A stretch of DNA of 45,962 nt from Verrucomicrobia bacterium UBA2970 (GCA_002348345.1 DEAY01000476.1:1-45962), one strand, 5' to 3'; positions 36,201 through 44,141 are shown, counted from the stretch's first letter. Translations and numbers: made by a program. The notes: generated from the sequence alone by a model not told the origin.

Positions 36201-36677
36201 CCATCCCGAAACTCCGGAGATCGCCTTTTCGGTCCGGTCATCAATGGATTGGAATCCATCGATCCCCCTGAGAATCATGCCGCTTCCCCGCGACACCATC
36301 AGGGCAAGAAGGGCACAGCTACAGGCCCCGGCAAAGGCGGAGGCAAGCCCGACCCGAAAGGCAATGTTTGAGACCGGGACCAAAACGGTGAAGAGCCAGG
36401 TGTAAAGGGTCCAAACGGGGTACCCCGGCGGATGAGGCACCCCCGCGTAGTAGGACCCCACCGACAATTCTCCGCTATCTTCCAGCGTCACGTTGGGCGC
36501 GAGCGTGTAGAAGTATCCCAAGAAGACAAGACACCCCGTCCAGCCAGCGATCATCCAATCGAAGCGACGGAAAAACACGGTCTTTAATGCCTTCGACGCA
36601 TCACTCGACACGCTCGATTCCGGGGACTTCGAGGCCTCAGGGGCAGAATTGTCTTGTTGTTGCTCAGCCTCGCTCAT
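33279..36677 (-). CDS. DUF2723-family GT-C-fold membrane glycosyltransferase-like protein with C-terminal TPR repeats (TMEM260-like architecture)
   Basis: The motif YFYTLAPNVTLEDSGELSVGSYYAGVPHPPGYPVWTLYTWLF precedes more than 10 hydrophobic segments. The C-terminal ~250 aa form TPR-like helical repeats. The start at the Met at 36677 (MSEAEQQQ) is preferred over 36854. Confidence 0.8.
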   Translation of the reverse strand: MSEAEQQQDNSAPEASKSPESSVSSDASKALKTVFFRRFDWMIAGWTGCLVFLGYFYTLAPNVTLEDSGELSVGSYYAGVPHPPGYPVWTLYTWLFTVLVPVSNIAFRVGLASAFAGACSCALLALMVSRGSGMILRGIDGFQSIDDRTEKAISGVSGWVAGMLFGFNGFMWSQAVIVEVYTLSVFSLMGVFVCLMRWMYIPKDRKYLYWAFFLFGICFNNHQSLVVAAIGLEIAIAAANPRLGRDLFLGNSIFYVIGLIAKWNGAITAFDQNIPLFIIYNSVGFCSIAAFVWLWSQTREMLTQWVPVVLMLLVWLVGLSFYFYMPLTSSTNPPMNWGYPRTWEGFVHAFTRGQYERTNPTTSLFRFTQQMWLYVKGASQEFNPIMMLTALVPFAFFSRMKQREKAWLTGLTGIFFCLAIVLMILLNPPPDRQSQELNRVFFTPSHTLIAIWAGYGVSLVIALLVARYREFRPHALIGGSVALGIALYLWASLERVHPLDKFTAVFLVLCAGGFLAALAARPKQVPLRIVLVIFAILPLHSVFSHWWKNEKRGHLYGYWFGHDMFKPPFEIYPEMEKNAILFGGTDPGRFNPTYMIFCESFLPPSKKPLDPEFDRRDVYLITQNALADPTYLDYIRAHYYRSAQQDPPFFQEMLRSQTARKLGRTNFLARVVAPLDRAMASFGAAVEERRRRDGLYPDIEIYTPSAEDSENAYLEYMVDAHRRKQLDQLKPGEVVTQMEDGHVSVQGQAAVMAINGLLTKTIFDKNPNHEFYIEESFPLDWMFPYLTPYGIILKLNREPVEAITEEMLVNDRQFWSQYMERLIGNWIQPDTSIEELVRFAKQVYLRGDLSDYQGDTKFLREDWAQKAFSKVRSAIAGVYAFRLTPQCPPELRPKTPEEEQRLLEEADFAFRQAFALCPYSPEAILRYSNLLATVNRLDDAILLTRTCYEFDRENEGVIQLLRQLNLMKQGQSTLQQLEQEVNQLERQYAANATNLEVTFKLVSKYVALTRTNDALKLLAAIVGAEDSSPTALLSASGAYMQLGRYEELEGALERLVAAMPDNPEARYDLAGTQALLQKGSEALENLRRAFEMDRQRTDQIPGAKPLSQRAQEDGRFNGIRHLPEFRQLITGN

Positions 36678-36957
36678 CCGATTTAGCTCTTCCCAGTCCG
36701 CCACCCACCACGGAATTCCATGACCGAACCTCACCCGCGACGGAGGAGGGTTAGTTGGAAGAAAACCGCCGCCTTTGTCGATGCAAAAGTTCGCCGGAAC
36801 CATGCCGCAAAGCCAACTTGATGGCAGGACGGGAAAGCGGAAGTGCCTCTCCATCCTTCAGCCGATCAGTGCCTGCAGGTCCCTGGTGGCAACCTACTGA
36901 TGGGAGATTTCGGGAATGCCTTTTGACTTTCGCCTCTTGCTGCCCCAGAATCTGGCC

Positions 36958-37452
36958 ATGGAAAGTCTTCACGCCCCTTGGCGGATTGACTACATTCTAT
37001 CACCGAAGGCTCCCTCCGGAGACCAGTCCCTCTTCACCCGAATCGCCCAGAGCCAAGACGACGTTAAGAATCTCGTCATCTACCGGGACCGGAACACCTT
37101 CGTTCTGCTCAATCGCTATCCCTACAACGGGGGACATTTGATGGTCGTCCCCTACAAGGAAACGGCAGCGTTAGACGAGCTTGATGAGTCGGTATTAACG
37201 GAAATTATGCGCAATACCAGACGCGCCATCCGGACCCTCAAAACCGTCATGAACCCCGACGGCTTCAACGTCGGACTCAATCTGGGTCAAGCAGCCGGGG
37301 CGGGAATCGAGGAACATCTCCATTATCACATCGTTCCACGTTGGCGGGGGGATACCAATTTCATGCCGGTCGTAGCCGGCTCGGGCGTCATCCCTGAAGC
37401 CCTCCTTGAAACGGCCACCAAGCTGAGGAACGCCTTTCCCAACCACCTGTAA
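36958..37452 (+). CDS. HIT-family nucleotide hydrolase/transferase (Ap4A-phosphorylase-like subgroup)
   Basis: Histidine-triad motif EHLHYHIVPRW. N-terminal motifs HAPWRIDYI and NRYPYNGGHLMVVP. Confidence 0.85.
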   Translation: MESLHAPWRIDYILSPKAPSGDQSLFTRIAQSQDDVKNLVIYRDRNTFVLLNRYPYNGGHLMVVPYKETAALDELDESVLTEIMRNTRRAIRTLKTVMNPDGFNVGLNLGQAAGAGIEEHLHYHIVPRWRGDTNFMPVVAGSGVIPEALLETATKLRNAFPNHL

Positions 37453-37476
37453 TCTGACGAAAACGCCTAGGACGGA

Positions 37477-38469
37477 ATGCCCACCCACACCCTTCACTTC
37501 GAAACCGCTCGACAAGCCCAGCAATTATTCAACAACGAACCGAAAAACCTCCAGGCCGTGGAACACGAGTTGGGAGTGAAAGTCACTTGTCGTGACGGTT
37601 GGATCAAGCTTGACGGGACCGACACTTCGATTGCGCGTGCCCAACAACTCTTTGAATTGATCGACTCGTCACTCAAATCGGGATCACCCGTCCGCAATCG
37701 GGAATTCAATCAGTCGCTTGCCGTCATCAAAGAACATGGCCCCGAAACGCTCAAGAGGCTCTTGGAGGACCGGATCCAAACCTCTCCCCGAAAAGCCCCC
37801 ATTTCCCCGAAAACTGCCGGGCAGAAAGCCTATCTCGAAGCCATTCGCCAACACGATGTGACCTTTGGCATCGGGCCCGCAGGGACGGGAAAAACTTATC
37901 TCGCCATGGCCATGGCGGTTTCCTTTCTCAAGAGCAACGCCGTTTCCCGAATCATCCTCACCCGACCGGCGGTCGAAGCCGGCGAGGCCTTGGGGTTCTT
38001 GCCGGGAGACCTCTACGAGAAGTTGGCTCCCTATCTCCGCCCCCTCCACGATGCCCTTCACGACATGCTCCCGGCTGAGGAGGTTCAAAAGCACATGGAC
38101 CGGGGCACGATCGAAATCGCACCGCTCGCCTACATGCGCGGCCGGACGCTCAATCATTCGTTCATCATCCTCGACGAGGCCCAAAACGCCACCACCGAAC
38201 AGATGTTCATGTTCTTGACCCGGCTCGGCATGAATGCCCGAACCGTGGTGACGGGAGATCCCACCCAAATCGATCTCCCCCCTCAAAAGCCATCGGGTCT
38301 GAAAGAAGCAAAGACCGCCCTCCGCCGCATCAAGGACATCGCCATCGTGGAATTCAGAAAACGGGACGTCATTCGACACCCCCTGGTGAAAAAGATCATC
38401 GCCGCCTACGAGACCCATCGGGACGGTGGCGAGAAGACCTCCTCACCCGACTCGCAATCAAACCTGTAG
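37477..38469 (+). CDS. phoH: PhoH-family ATPase
   Basis: Walker A GIGPAGTGKTYLAMA. Other motifs: LTRPAVEAGE.LGFLPGD, ILDEAQN, VVTGDPTQIDLP. Confidence 0.92.
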   Translation: MPTHTLHFETARQAQQLFNNEPKNLQAVEHELGVKVTCRDGWIKLDGTDTSIARAQQLFELIDSSLKSGSPVRNREFNQSLAVIKEHGPETLKRLLEDRIQTSPRKAPISPKTAGQKAYLEAIRQHDVTFGIGPAGTGKTYLAMAMAVSFLKSNAVSRIILTRPAVEAGEALGFLPGDLYEKLAPYLRPLHDALHDMLPAEEVQKHMDRGTIEIAPLAYMRGRTLNHSFIILDEAQNATTEQMFMFLTRLGMNARTVVTGDPTQIDLPPQKPSGLKEAKTALRRIKDIAIVEFRKRDVIRHPLVKKIIAAYETHRDGGEKTSSPDSQSNL

Positions 38470-38477
38470 GTCGAGGC

Positions 38478-38939
38478 GTGGAAATCACGTTCAAGAACCA
38501 TCAGCGAGACTGTCGGGTCAATGGCCCGCTCCTCCGGAGCATGGTTCGCTCCCTCCTCGAGTCGGAGTTCGACTCGTTTCAGGGCGAGGGGTGTTTCCAT
38601 CTTGTGACGAAAAATAGAATGGCTGAGGTCAATTGGAAGTTCCTCCGGCACGAGGGCCCCACCGATGTGATTACCTTTGACCTGGCGGAGGATCCTTCCC
38701 GCACCCTTTTCCTCGCCGAAATCTATCTCTGCCCGGCAGTTGCTCAGGAACAAGCCATTGAGTTTGGCTCCACGTGGGAGGAAGAGTTGATTCGCTATCA
38801 CATCCACGCCCTGCTTCACCTAGAAGGATACGACGACACGACCCCCGAGCTTCGAGAGACCATGAAACATGAAGAGGAACGGATCCTGAATCACATGCGA
38901 GACCGGTTCGATTTCGGTCGCCTGGCAAGAACCCCCTAA
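38478..38939 (+). CDS. ybeY: rRNA maturation endoribonuclease YbeY
   Basis: Lies directly after phoH, which is the conserved gene order. The metal motif reads HIHALLHLEGYDD, with the third ligand position Asp instead of the usual His. GTG start. Confidence 0.88.
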   Translation: MEITFKNHQRDCRVNGPLLRSMVRSLLESEFDSFQGEGCFHLVTKNRMAEVNWKFLRHEGPTDVITFDLAEDPSRTLFLAEIYLCPAVAQEQAIEFGSTWEEELIRYHIHALLHLEGYDDTTPELRETMKHEEERILNHMRDRFDFGRLARTP

Positions 38940-39150
38940 GCCAATCTCAAATCACGCACTTGGAACTCGAAGACAACCCTCAAAGGCATTCCCCCTCGAA
39001 TCCATTCGGGCCCAGCAAGCACTTGGACCGGTGGGCCAATCGCGCGTCAACCCCATGCTAGAGGGCCGCTGACCGCCGTTCCTCGGGAGAGCCGAGCACT
39101 CCCGTCCCACATTATCCTGGCCCGCCTCGCAGCTCACGACGTCTTGATCC

Positions 39151-41274
39151 TCACCCTCGGTCCGGAAGCGCAAAACAATAGAATGCATCGCCCCGCTTCG
39201 TGCCGGGCTTTCCTCCCCCCCCAGCCGCAATGATCACGTATTGCCGTCCGTCCATTTCGTAAGTGGAGGGAGTCGCATAGCCGCCTGCATCCAATTGGTA
39301 TTCCCACAACAGTTTACCCGTGTCCTTGTCATAGGCATGAAAGCGCTCGTCCATCGCCGCACCGATAAACACCAGCCCTCCCTTGGTCACCACCGGTCCT
39401 CCAATATTGAAGGTTCCCGTCGCGGAGAAGCCCCGCGCCTCCAATCGTGGGTAGGTTCCCAACGGCACTCGCCAGCGAACCGTTCCCCGGTCCAAATCCA
39501 CAGCGTTCAAGGTTCCCCAGGGACGCTTGTTCACGGGAAACCCTTCAGGATCACGCCAATCATGATGCCCCGTCATGACCACCGGCGTTTGCTCGGCATA
39601 GCTCAAATCCTTCGTCTCGACGATTTCCGCCTTCCCTTCGTCGAAGAGAAAGGCCATCACCGCCCGTTGCTCCAGCTCGCTAAACGAAGCAAACGATGGC
39701 ATTTGCCCGCGCCCCGTCTTCAGCAAGGCCTTAATCTGAGCTCGGGTCAATCGCTCCGCCACTCCCTCGAGAGACGGCGAGGCTGGATTGAGCGGAGATC
39801 CCAGGCCGTGACAAAACGAACAAACAGCCCGGTAGACATGGCGTCCCAACCGGTTCAACGACATTCGCTCGAGCGGTTTCGAGGTTACCATGCTGGTGTA
39901 CTCCGCTTCATTGCTCACGTTCACGATCACCGTGTTCGATTCGGGGTCGAAAGCGGCGCCCCCCCACTCACACCCCCCGTTGAACTGAGGCAGTTGCACG
40001 GAGGACTTGAATCCCGGCGGGATAAAAACCTCTCCCGTCACCATCTCTCTTAAGTCTTCTCGCACCGCCGCCGTCGCCGCCGGATTGAGATCGGTGACGT
40101 TTCCTTCATCCATCCGCGTCATCGCCAGTCGGAAGGCCTCGGGAGGACGCGGCTGGGTCGGAGAAGCCGCTTCACCGGGCATGGTCGACGCGGGAACGGG
40201 AACTTCCTCGATCGGATACAAGGGCTCCCCCGTCACTCGATCGAGCACAAAAAGATAGCCCATCTTGGTCGGCTGCACGACCACATCGATCGGTCGCCCC
40301 TCCCGACGCAGCTTGCCAAGGACGGGAGGCGTGGGGAGATCAAAGTCCCAGAGGTCATGATGGACCGCCTGAAAGTGCCAAAGTCGCTCGCCGGTCAGGG
40401 CATTCAGAGCGATGGTGCAGTTCCCAAAGAGCCCATCGCCTGGCCGGTTCCCACCCCACTTGTCAAAGGCCGGGGACCCCGTCCCCGCGTAAACAATCCC
40501 CCGCTGGGCATCAAGGGTGAATCCCGCCCAGACATTCGCACTGCCCACTACTTTCCACGAGTCCGGCCCCCATGTCTCGTAGCCCACTTCTCCCGGGTGA
40601 GGAATCGTATGAAAAATCCAGCGCCGCTCGCCCGTGCGCACGTCAAAGGCCCGAACGTGCCCCGGCGGGCACGGCTGAGGACCTTCCCCCGTTGTCGAGC
40701 CCAGAATCAGCAGGTCCTTCCAGACGATTCCTGGCGTGTTATTCCCAACCGACATGAAAAAGACGTCGGTATCGAATCCATCACGGTGATTGATCCTCCC
40801 CCCTTCCCCGAAACTGGGGATCGGCTGCCCCGTCCCGGCGTCGAGCGCATAAAGATAATTACCCGCCGAATGAAACACTCTGGAATCGCCCTTCCCATCC
40901 GTCCAATAAGCCACCCCCCGATTCAGGCCTCCGCCGGTCCCACCTCCGGCCCATGGGTTGAAACGCCACAACAGCTCACCCGTTTTTCCGTCCAGGGCTG
41001 CACAGTGCAATCGGGGTGATGTCACGAACACCTTTCCCTCAACCACGATCGGATTGCATTCGATGGTCCGCCCCGTCTCCCCGGCCCGCCAAATCCATGC
41101 CACCTCCAGTTGGCTCACGTTGTCGCGGTTAATCTGGTCGAGCTCCGAATAGTGACTGCCCCCATAGTCACCATGATAGATTTGCCATTCCCGATAGCTG
41201 CTCTTCGGGTCATCGGCCTGGACGACGACCCCCAACGTAGAGGCGAGAGCCCAGCAACGCATTGAACGCTTCAT
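39151..41274 (-). CDS. PQQ-dependent beta-propeller dehydrogenase (glucose/polyol dehydrogenase-like) with an internal c-type heme-binding segment
   Basis: Signal peptide MKRSMRCWALASTLGVVVQA. Propeller W-motifs: GELLWRF, GERRWIF, GERLWHF, GTVRWRV, GKLLWEY. C-terminal motif QYVIIAAGGGGK..GDAFYCFAL. CxxCH (CSFCH) at residues 485-489, followed by GRGQMPSF. Confidence 0.85.
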   Translation of the reverse strand: MKRSMRCWALASTLGVVVQADDPKSSYREWQIYHGDYGGSHYSELDQINRDNVSQLEVAWIWRAGETGRTIECNPIVVEGKVFVTSPRLHCAALDGKTGELLWRFNPWAGGGTGGGLNRGVAYWTDGKGDSRVFHSAGNYLYALDAGTGQPIPSFGEGGRINHRDGFDTDVFFMSVGNNTPGIVWKDLLILGSTTGEGPQPCPPGHVRAFDVRTGERRWIFHTIPHPGEVGYETWGPDSWKVVGSANVWAGFTLDAQRGIVYAGTGSPAFDKWGGNRPGDGLFGNCTIALNALTGERLWHFQAVHHDLWDFDLPTPPVLGKLRREGRPIDVVVQPTKMGYLFVLDRVTGEPLYPIEEVPVPASTMPGEAASPTQPRPPEAFRLAMTRMDEGNVTDLNPAATAAVREDLREMVTGEVFIPPGFKSSVQLPQFNGGCEWGGAAFDPESNTVIVNVSNEAEYTSMVTSKPLERMSLNRLGRHVYRAVCSFCHGLGSPLNPASPSLEGVAERLTRAQIKALLKTGRGQMPSFASFSELEQRAVMAFLFDEGKAEIVETKDLSYAEQTPVVMTGHHDWRDPEGFPVNKRPWGTLNAVDLDRGTVRWRVPLGTYPRLEARGFSATGTFNIGGPVVTKGGLVFIGAAMDERFHAYDKDTGKLLWEYQLDAGGYATPSTYEMDGRQYVIIAAGGGGKPGTKRGDAFYCFALPDRG

Positions 41275-41428
41275 AGGATCCCTGACTTCTACGCGAGGAC
41301 GCCATGAAAGTCAAAGCGCTGACGGCCCTGACCGGCCTGATGGATCGTCGCGACCGCGTCCGCCAACCGCCAAGCCCCCTATCCGTCATCCCTCTTCAAT
41401 GCTTCGTCTCCCCGGTACATATCCAAGT

Positions 41429-41449
41429 CCACTTGCCACTTGCCACTTG
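41429..41449. repeat. Three perfect tandem copies of the heptamer CCACTTG, preceded by an inverted CAAGT
   Basis: Read directly from ...CCAAGTCCACTTGCCACTTGCCACTTGAACC..., in the divergent region between the PQQ dehydrogenase and AAA+ genes. Confidence 0.9.
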
Positions 41450-41496
41450 AACCGATTCAGTGGCTTGATAAGCCTCGGCATCCGAGCGCCGTCGAA

Positions 41497-43443
41497 ATGC
41501 AGAATCTCGTCAAGGACTTCACGCATCATCCACTTCTGCCGGGAAGTGTCGCCGTCTCGATTATGGACGCCAACGGCAAACTGGATCACCCCGACCTCAG
41601 CGCGGAGGCCCTGGCGGAGGCAAACCGCACCTCCATGAACGATCTGGTCCAGGCCCGCCTGCAATCGGCGGTGATCGACGCCGATCAAGCCGACCGACTA
41701 ACCCAGGCCAACGATGACTTTATTTCCGCCTTCACTCAGCTTGAGGAACGGATCCCTGAAATCGCCAAGGTCACCGTTTGTGAGGAGATTTCAGTCAAAC
41801 AGCTCGCCCGGACTCTTTTTGGCTCCCGCTTTCTCGTTGAACTTCTCGAAATCCTCGTTCCCCCCAATCGGTCCTACGAGAAAACCAGCCAAGGAACCGT
41901 CGACCTCATCGAAATACTTTCCGAAAACTTTCGCAAGATCACCAGCGGAGCATGGGCTGCGTTTTTTCCTCGGTCCGAATTCAACCTCACGGCGGATGCG
42001 ACCGCCCAATTTTGGACCGCGTGTCTTTACAACAATCGCACCGAGGATATGGTCAAGGCATTCAGGGGGCTCTTCTACCACAAGGAAAAGGAGCGCTTCC
42101 TCGTCCTGAATCGAGGGCATGTCCCCAAACGCGGCCTCCGAATTCAGGACGCCATTTCCGAATACCTCGAGCAAGCCAACGATCGATTTGCTCAACTCCA
42201 TGACGCGGTCGGAGAGAACGCCCGCGTCGGCCTGGACCAGTTTTTCGTGGACATCGCGCGGGGCCTCACCAAGCTCCAACTACCCGCCCCAGTTCTTCTC
42301 TTCTACGCCCATTTGGTACAGCAGCTCACCGAATCATTTTCACACATTGACGGCTCCCTTTCCTCGAAGGAAAACCGCTTCATTCAATATCTGCTCGAGC
42401 AGATTCATCAGATCTGCGACGACCACCTCGAATCGGAAAATTCCAAACCACCCCGCGTTCCTCATGACAAACTGGATCAGGTCATGAGGGAATTAGACGA
42501 GCTCATCGGGATCGACGTCGTTAAAGATAAGGTCCGGCAGACGGCAAACTTTGCCCGGCTCCAACAAACTCGAATCGCCTGCGGATTGAAACCAGTCGGC
42601 ACCAGCTATCACTCCGTCTACACCGGCAAACCCGGCACGGGCAAGACCACCGTGGCTCGATTGATGGGACGCATCTACCAAGCCCTCGGCGTCCTCAAGG
42701 AAGGCCACCTCGTGGAGTGTGACCGCTCGGCTCTCGTCGCCGAATATGTCGGTCAAACCGCTGTCAAAACCAATGGGATCATTGATCGCGCCCTCGACGG
42801 GATTCTTTTCATTGACGAAGCCTACACGCTCGCCAAACAGCAGGGAGATTTTGGCCAAGAGGCCATCGACACTCTCTTGAAACGGATGGAGGACGATCGC
42901 GACCGACTCATCGTTATCGTGGCCGGCTATCCCGATGAGATGGATACCTTCGTTCATTCCAATCCCGGACTGCATTCTCGATTCAACCGATTCATTGGAT
43001 TCCCTGACTACAGTCCCCAGGAGCTCTGTCGGATTTTCGGTCTCTTTTGCCGAAAGAACGATCTTCGCCTGAGCCCCTCATTGAAGGAGCGCCTCCTTCA
43101 CCATTTCTACAAGCTGCACAACGACCGAGACGACCACTTTGGAAACGCCCGACTCGTTCGCAATTGTTTCGAACAAGTCGTCAATGCTCAGGCCAATCGG
43201 TTAGCCAGTGACTTGGATCCGACACCGGAAACCCTGGTCAACCTCATCGAGAACGATCTCACGACACCGGCCCTCGAGGACATGAATCGCTATCAGAAAC
43301 GAGGAGGGCGCTACACCGTCCACTGTCCCCATTGCGGTGAAATCTTCTCCTGGAGCCCGGACATCAACATCGCCCGAGCCGAATGCACCGTCTGCGGAAA
43401 GGTCTACAGTTGCGAATTCGGGGAACTCGTTCTCCAGAAATAA
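41497..43443 (+). CDS. AAA+ ATPase of the CbbX/SpoVK type with a ~350-aa uncharacterised N-terminal region and a C-terminal 4-Cys zinc ribbon
   Basis: Walker A YTGKPGTGKTTVARLMG. Walker B GILFIDEAYTL. Other motifs: FGQEAIDTLLKRMEDDRDRLIVIVAGY and C-terminal CPHCGE...CTVCGK. The ATG at 41497 is preferred; a TTG at 41440 is possible. Confidence 0.85.
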   Translation: MQNLVKDFTHHPLLPGSVAVSIMDANGKLDHPDLSAEALAEANRTSMNDLVQARLQSAVIDADQADRLTQANDDFISAFTQLEERIPEIAKVTVCEEISVKQLARTLFGSRFLVELLEILVPPNRSYEKTSQGTVDLIEILSENFRKITSGAWAAFFPRSEFNLTADATAQFWTACLYNNRTEDMVKAFRGLFYHKEKERFLVLNRGHVPKRGLRIQDAISEYLEQANDRFAQLHDAVGENARVGLDQFFVDIARGLTKLQLPAPVLLFYAHLVQQLTESFSHIDGSLSSKENRFIQYLLEQIHQICDDHLESENSKPPRVPHDKLDQVMRELDELIGIDVVKDKVRQTANFARLQQTRIACGLKPVGTSYHSVYTGKPGTGKTTVARLMGRIYQALGVLKEGHLVECDRSALVAEYVGQTAVKTNGIIDRALDGILFIDEAYTLAKQQGDFGQEAIDTLLKRMEDDRDRLIVIVAGYPDEMDTFVHSNPGLHSRFNRFIGFPDYSPQELCRIFGLFCRKNDLRLSPSLKERLLHHFYKLHNDRDDHFGNARLVRNCFEQVVNAQANRLASDLDPTPETLVNLIENDLTTPALEDMNRYQKRGGRYTVHCPHCGEIFSWSPDINIARAECTVCGKVYSCEFGELVLQK

Positions 43444-43452
43444 ACATTGTCT

Positions 43453-44088
43453 ATGCTTCACTACGAACTCTCTTCCCCCACCGGATCCAACCCCGAATCA
43501 TTGATCATCGTGCTCCATGGTCTCGGGGACAGTATTGAAGGCTACCGCTGGCTCGCCCCGACCCTTCAGCTTCCATGGCTCCGCTACGCCCTCGTCAATG
43601 CCCCCGACGATTATTTCGGCGGATTTTCCTGGTATGATTTTCAGGGCGATGTCGGATCCGGGGTGGTCCGAAGTCGAAGCCTCCTCTTCGAACTCCTCGG
43701 TCACTTCGAAACGAAGGGCTTTGCCCCCGAGAACACGTTTCTCTTCGGGTTCTCTCAAGGATGCCTGATGACCTGGGACGTCGGCATTCGTTATCCCAAG
43801 CGCCTGGCTGGCTGTATTGGCATTAGCGGATACATCCACCAATCGGAAACGCTCTACCAGGAACGATCCGAAGCGGCGATGCAGCAACACTTCCTCGTGA
43901 CCCACGGGCTTCACGATCCCCTGATCCCATTGTCACCGGTCAAGGAAGACGTCATGAAGTTGGCAACCCTCGGACTGCAAATCCAATGGCAGGCCTTTGC
44001 CAAGGAGCATACCATTGCCGGAGCCGATGAAGTGGACTTGATTCGAGACTTTATTGTCAAACGTCGCGGAGCCGTCCCCACCCGTTAA
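43453..44088 (+). CDS. Alpha/beta hydrolase, phospholipase/carboxylesterase (acyl-thioesterase-like) family
   Basis: Motifs: LIIVLHGLGDS, nucleophile elbow LFGFSQGC, THGLHDPLIP, KEHTI. It starts 10 nt after the AAA+ gene stop. Confidence 0.82.
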   Translation: MLHYELSSPTGSNPESLIIVLHGLGDSIEGYRWLAPTLQLPWLRYALVNAPDDYFGGFSWYDFQGDVGSGVVRSRSLLFELLGHFETKGFAPENTFLFGFSQGCLMTWDVGIRYPKRLAGCIGISGYIHQSETLYQERSEAAMQQHFLVTHGLHDPLIPLSPVKEDVMKLATLGLQIQWQAFAKEHTIAGADEVDLIRDFIVKRRGAVPTR

Positions 44089-44118
44089 CCCGGAGGCATG
44101 GTTTGTGCTTCCTCCGGG
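44089..44118 (+). terminator. Possible terminator hairpin after the carboxylesterase gene
   Basis: CCCGGAGG-(14 nt)-CCTCCGGG lies immediately after the TAA stop and is followed by the moderately T-rich CTTCTGTGCCTTT. The loop is long and the U-tract weak. Confidence 0.4.
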
Positions 44119-44141
44119 CTTCTGTGCCTTTAATTGAGACC

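Noticed and set aside
1328-38418. Many long alternative-frame or antisense ORFs inside confident genes (1328..2197, 4532..5494, 5807..6904, 9266..10036, 11565..12185, 12264..12806, 13818..14618, 16420..17091, 17354..18007, 18762..19460, 21766..22404, 22892..23572, 24574..25386, 29041..29778, 35256..36371, 37684..38418; likewise 39241..40053 and 40357..41019 just beyond)
   Set aside because: Each lies wholly within a CDS that carries strong family motifs on the other strand or frame. Their products are Arg/Pro/Gly/His-rich, as expected from out-of-frame reading of GC-rich coding DNA.
10752-41496. N-terminal extensions given by the longest-ORF starts (10752, 12628, 14636, 20507, 26065, 30201, 30297 minus-strand, 32474, 36854, 36916, 41440, 43447)
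   Set aside because: In each case an internal Met immediately precedes a signal peptide, lipobox or Tat motif, or the family-typical N-terminus. The extension often overlaps the neighbouring gene or uses a TTG or GTG codon. Downstream starts were therefore preferred, though they remain unverified.
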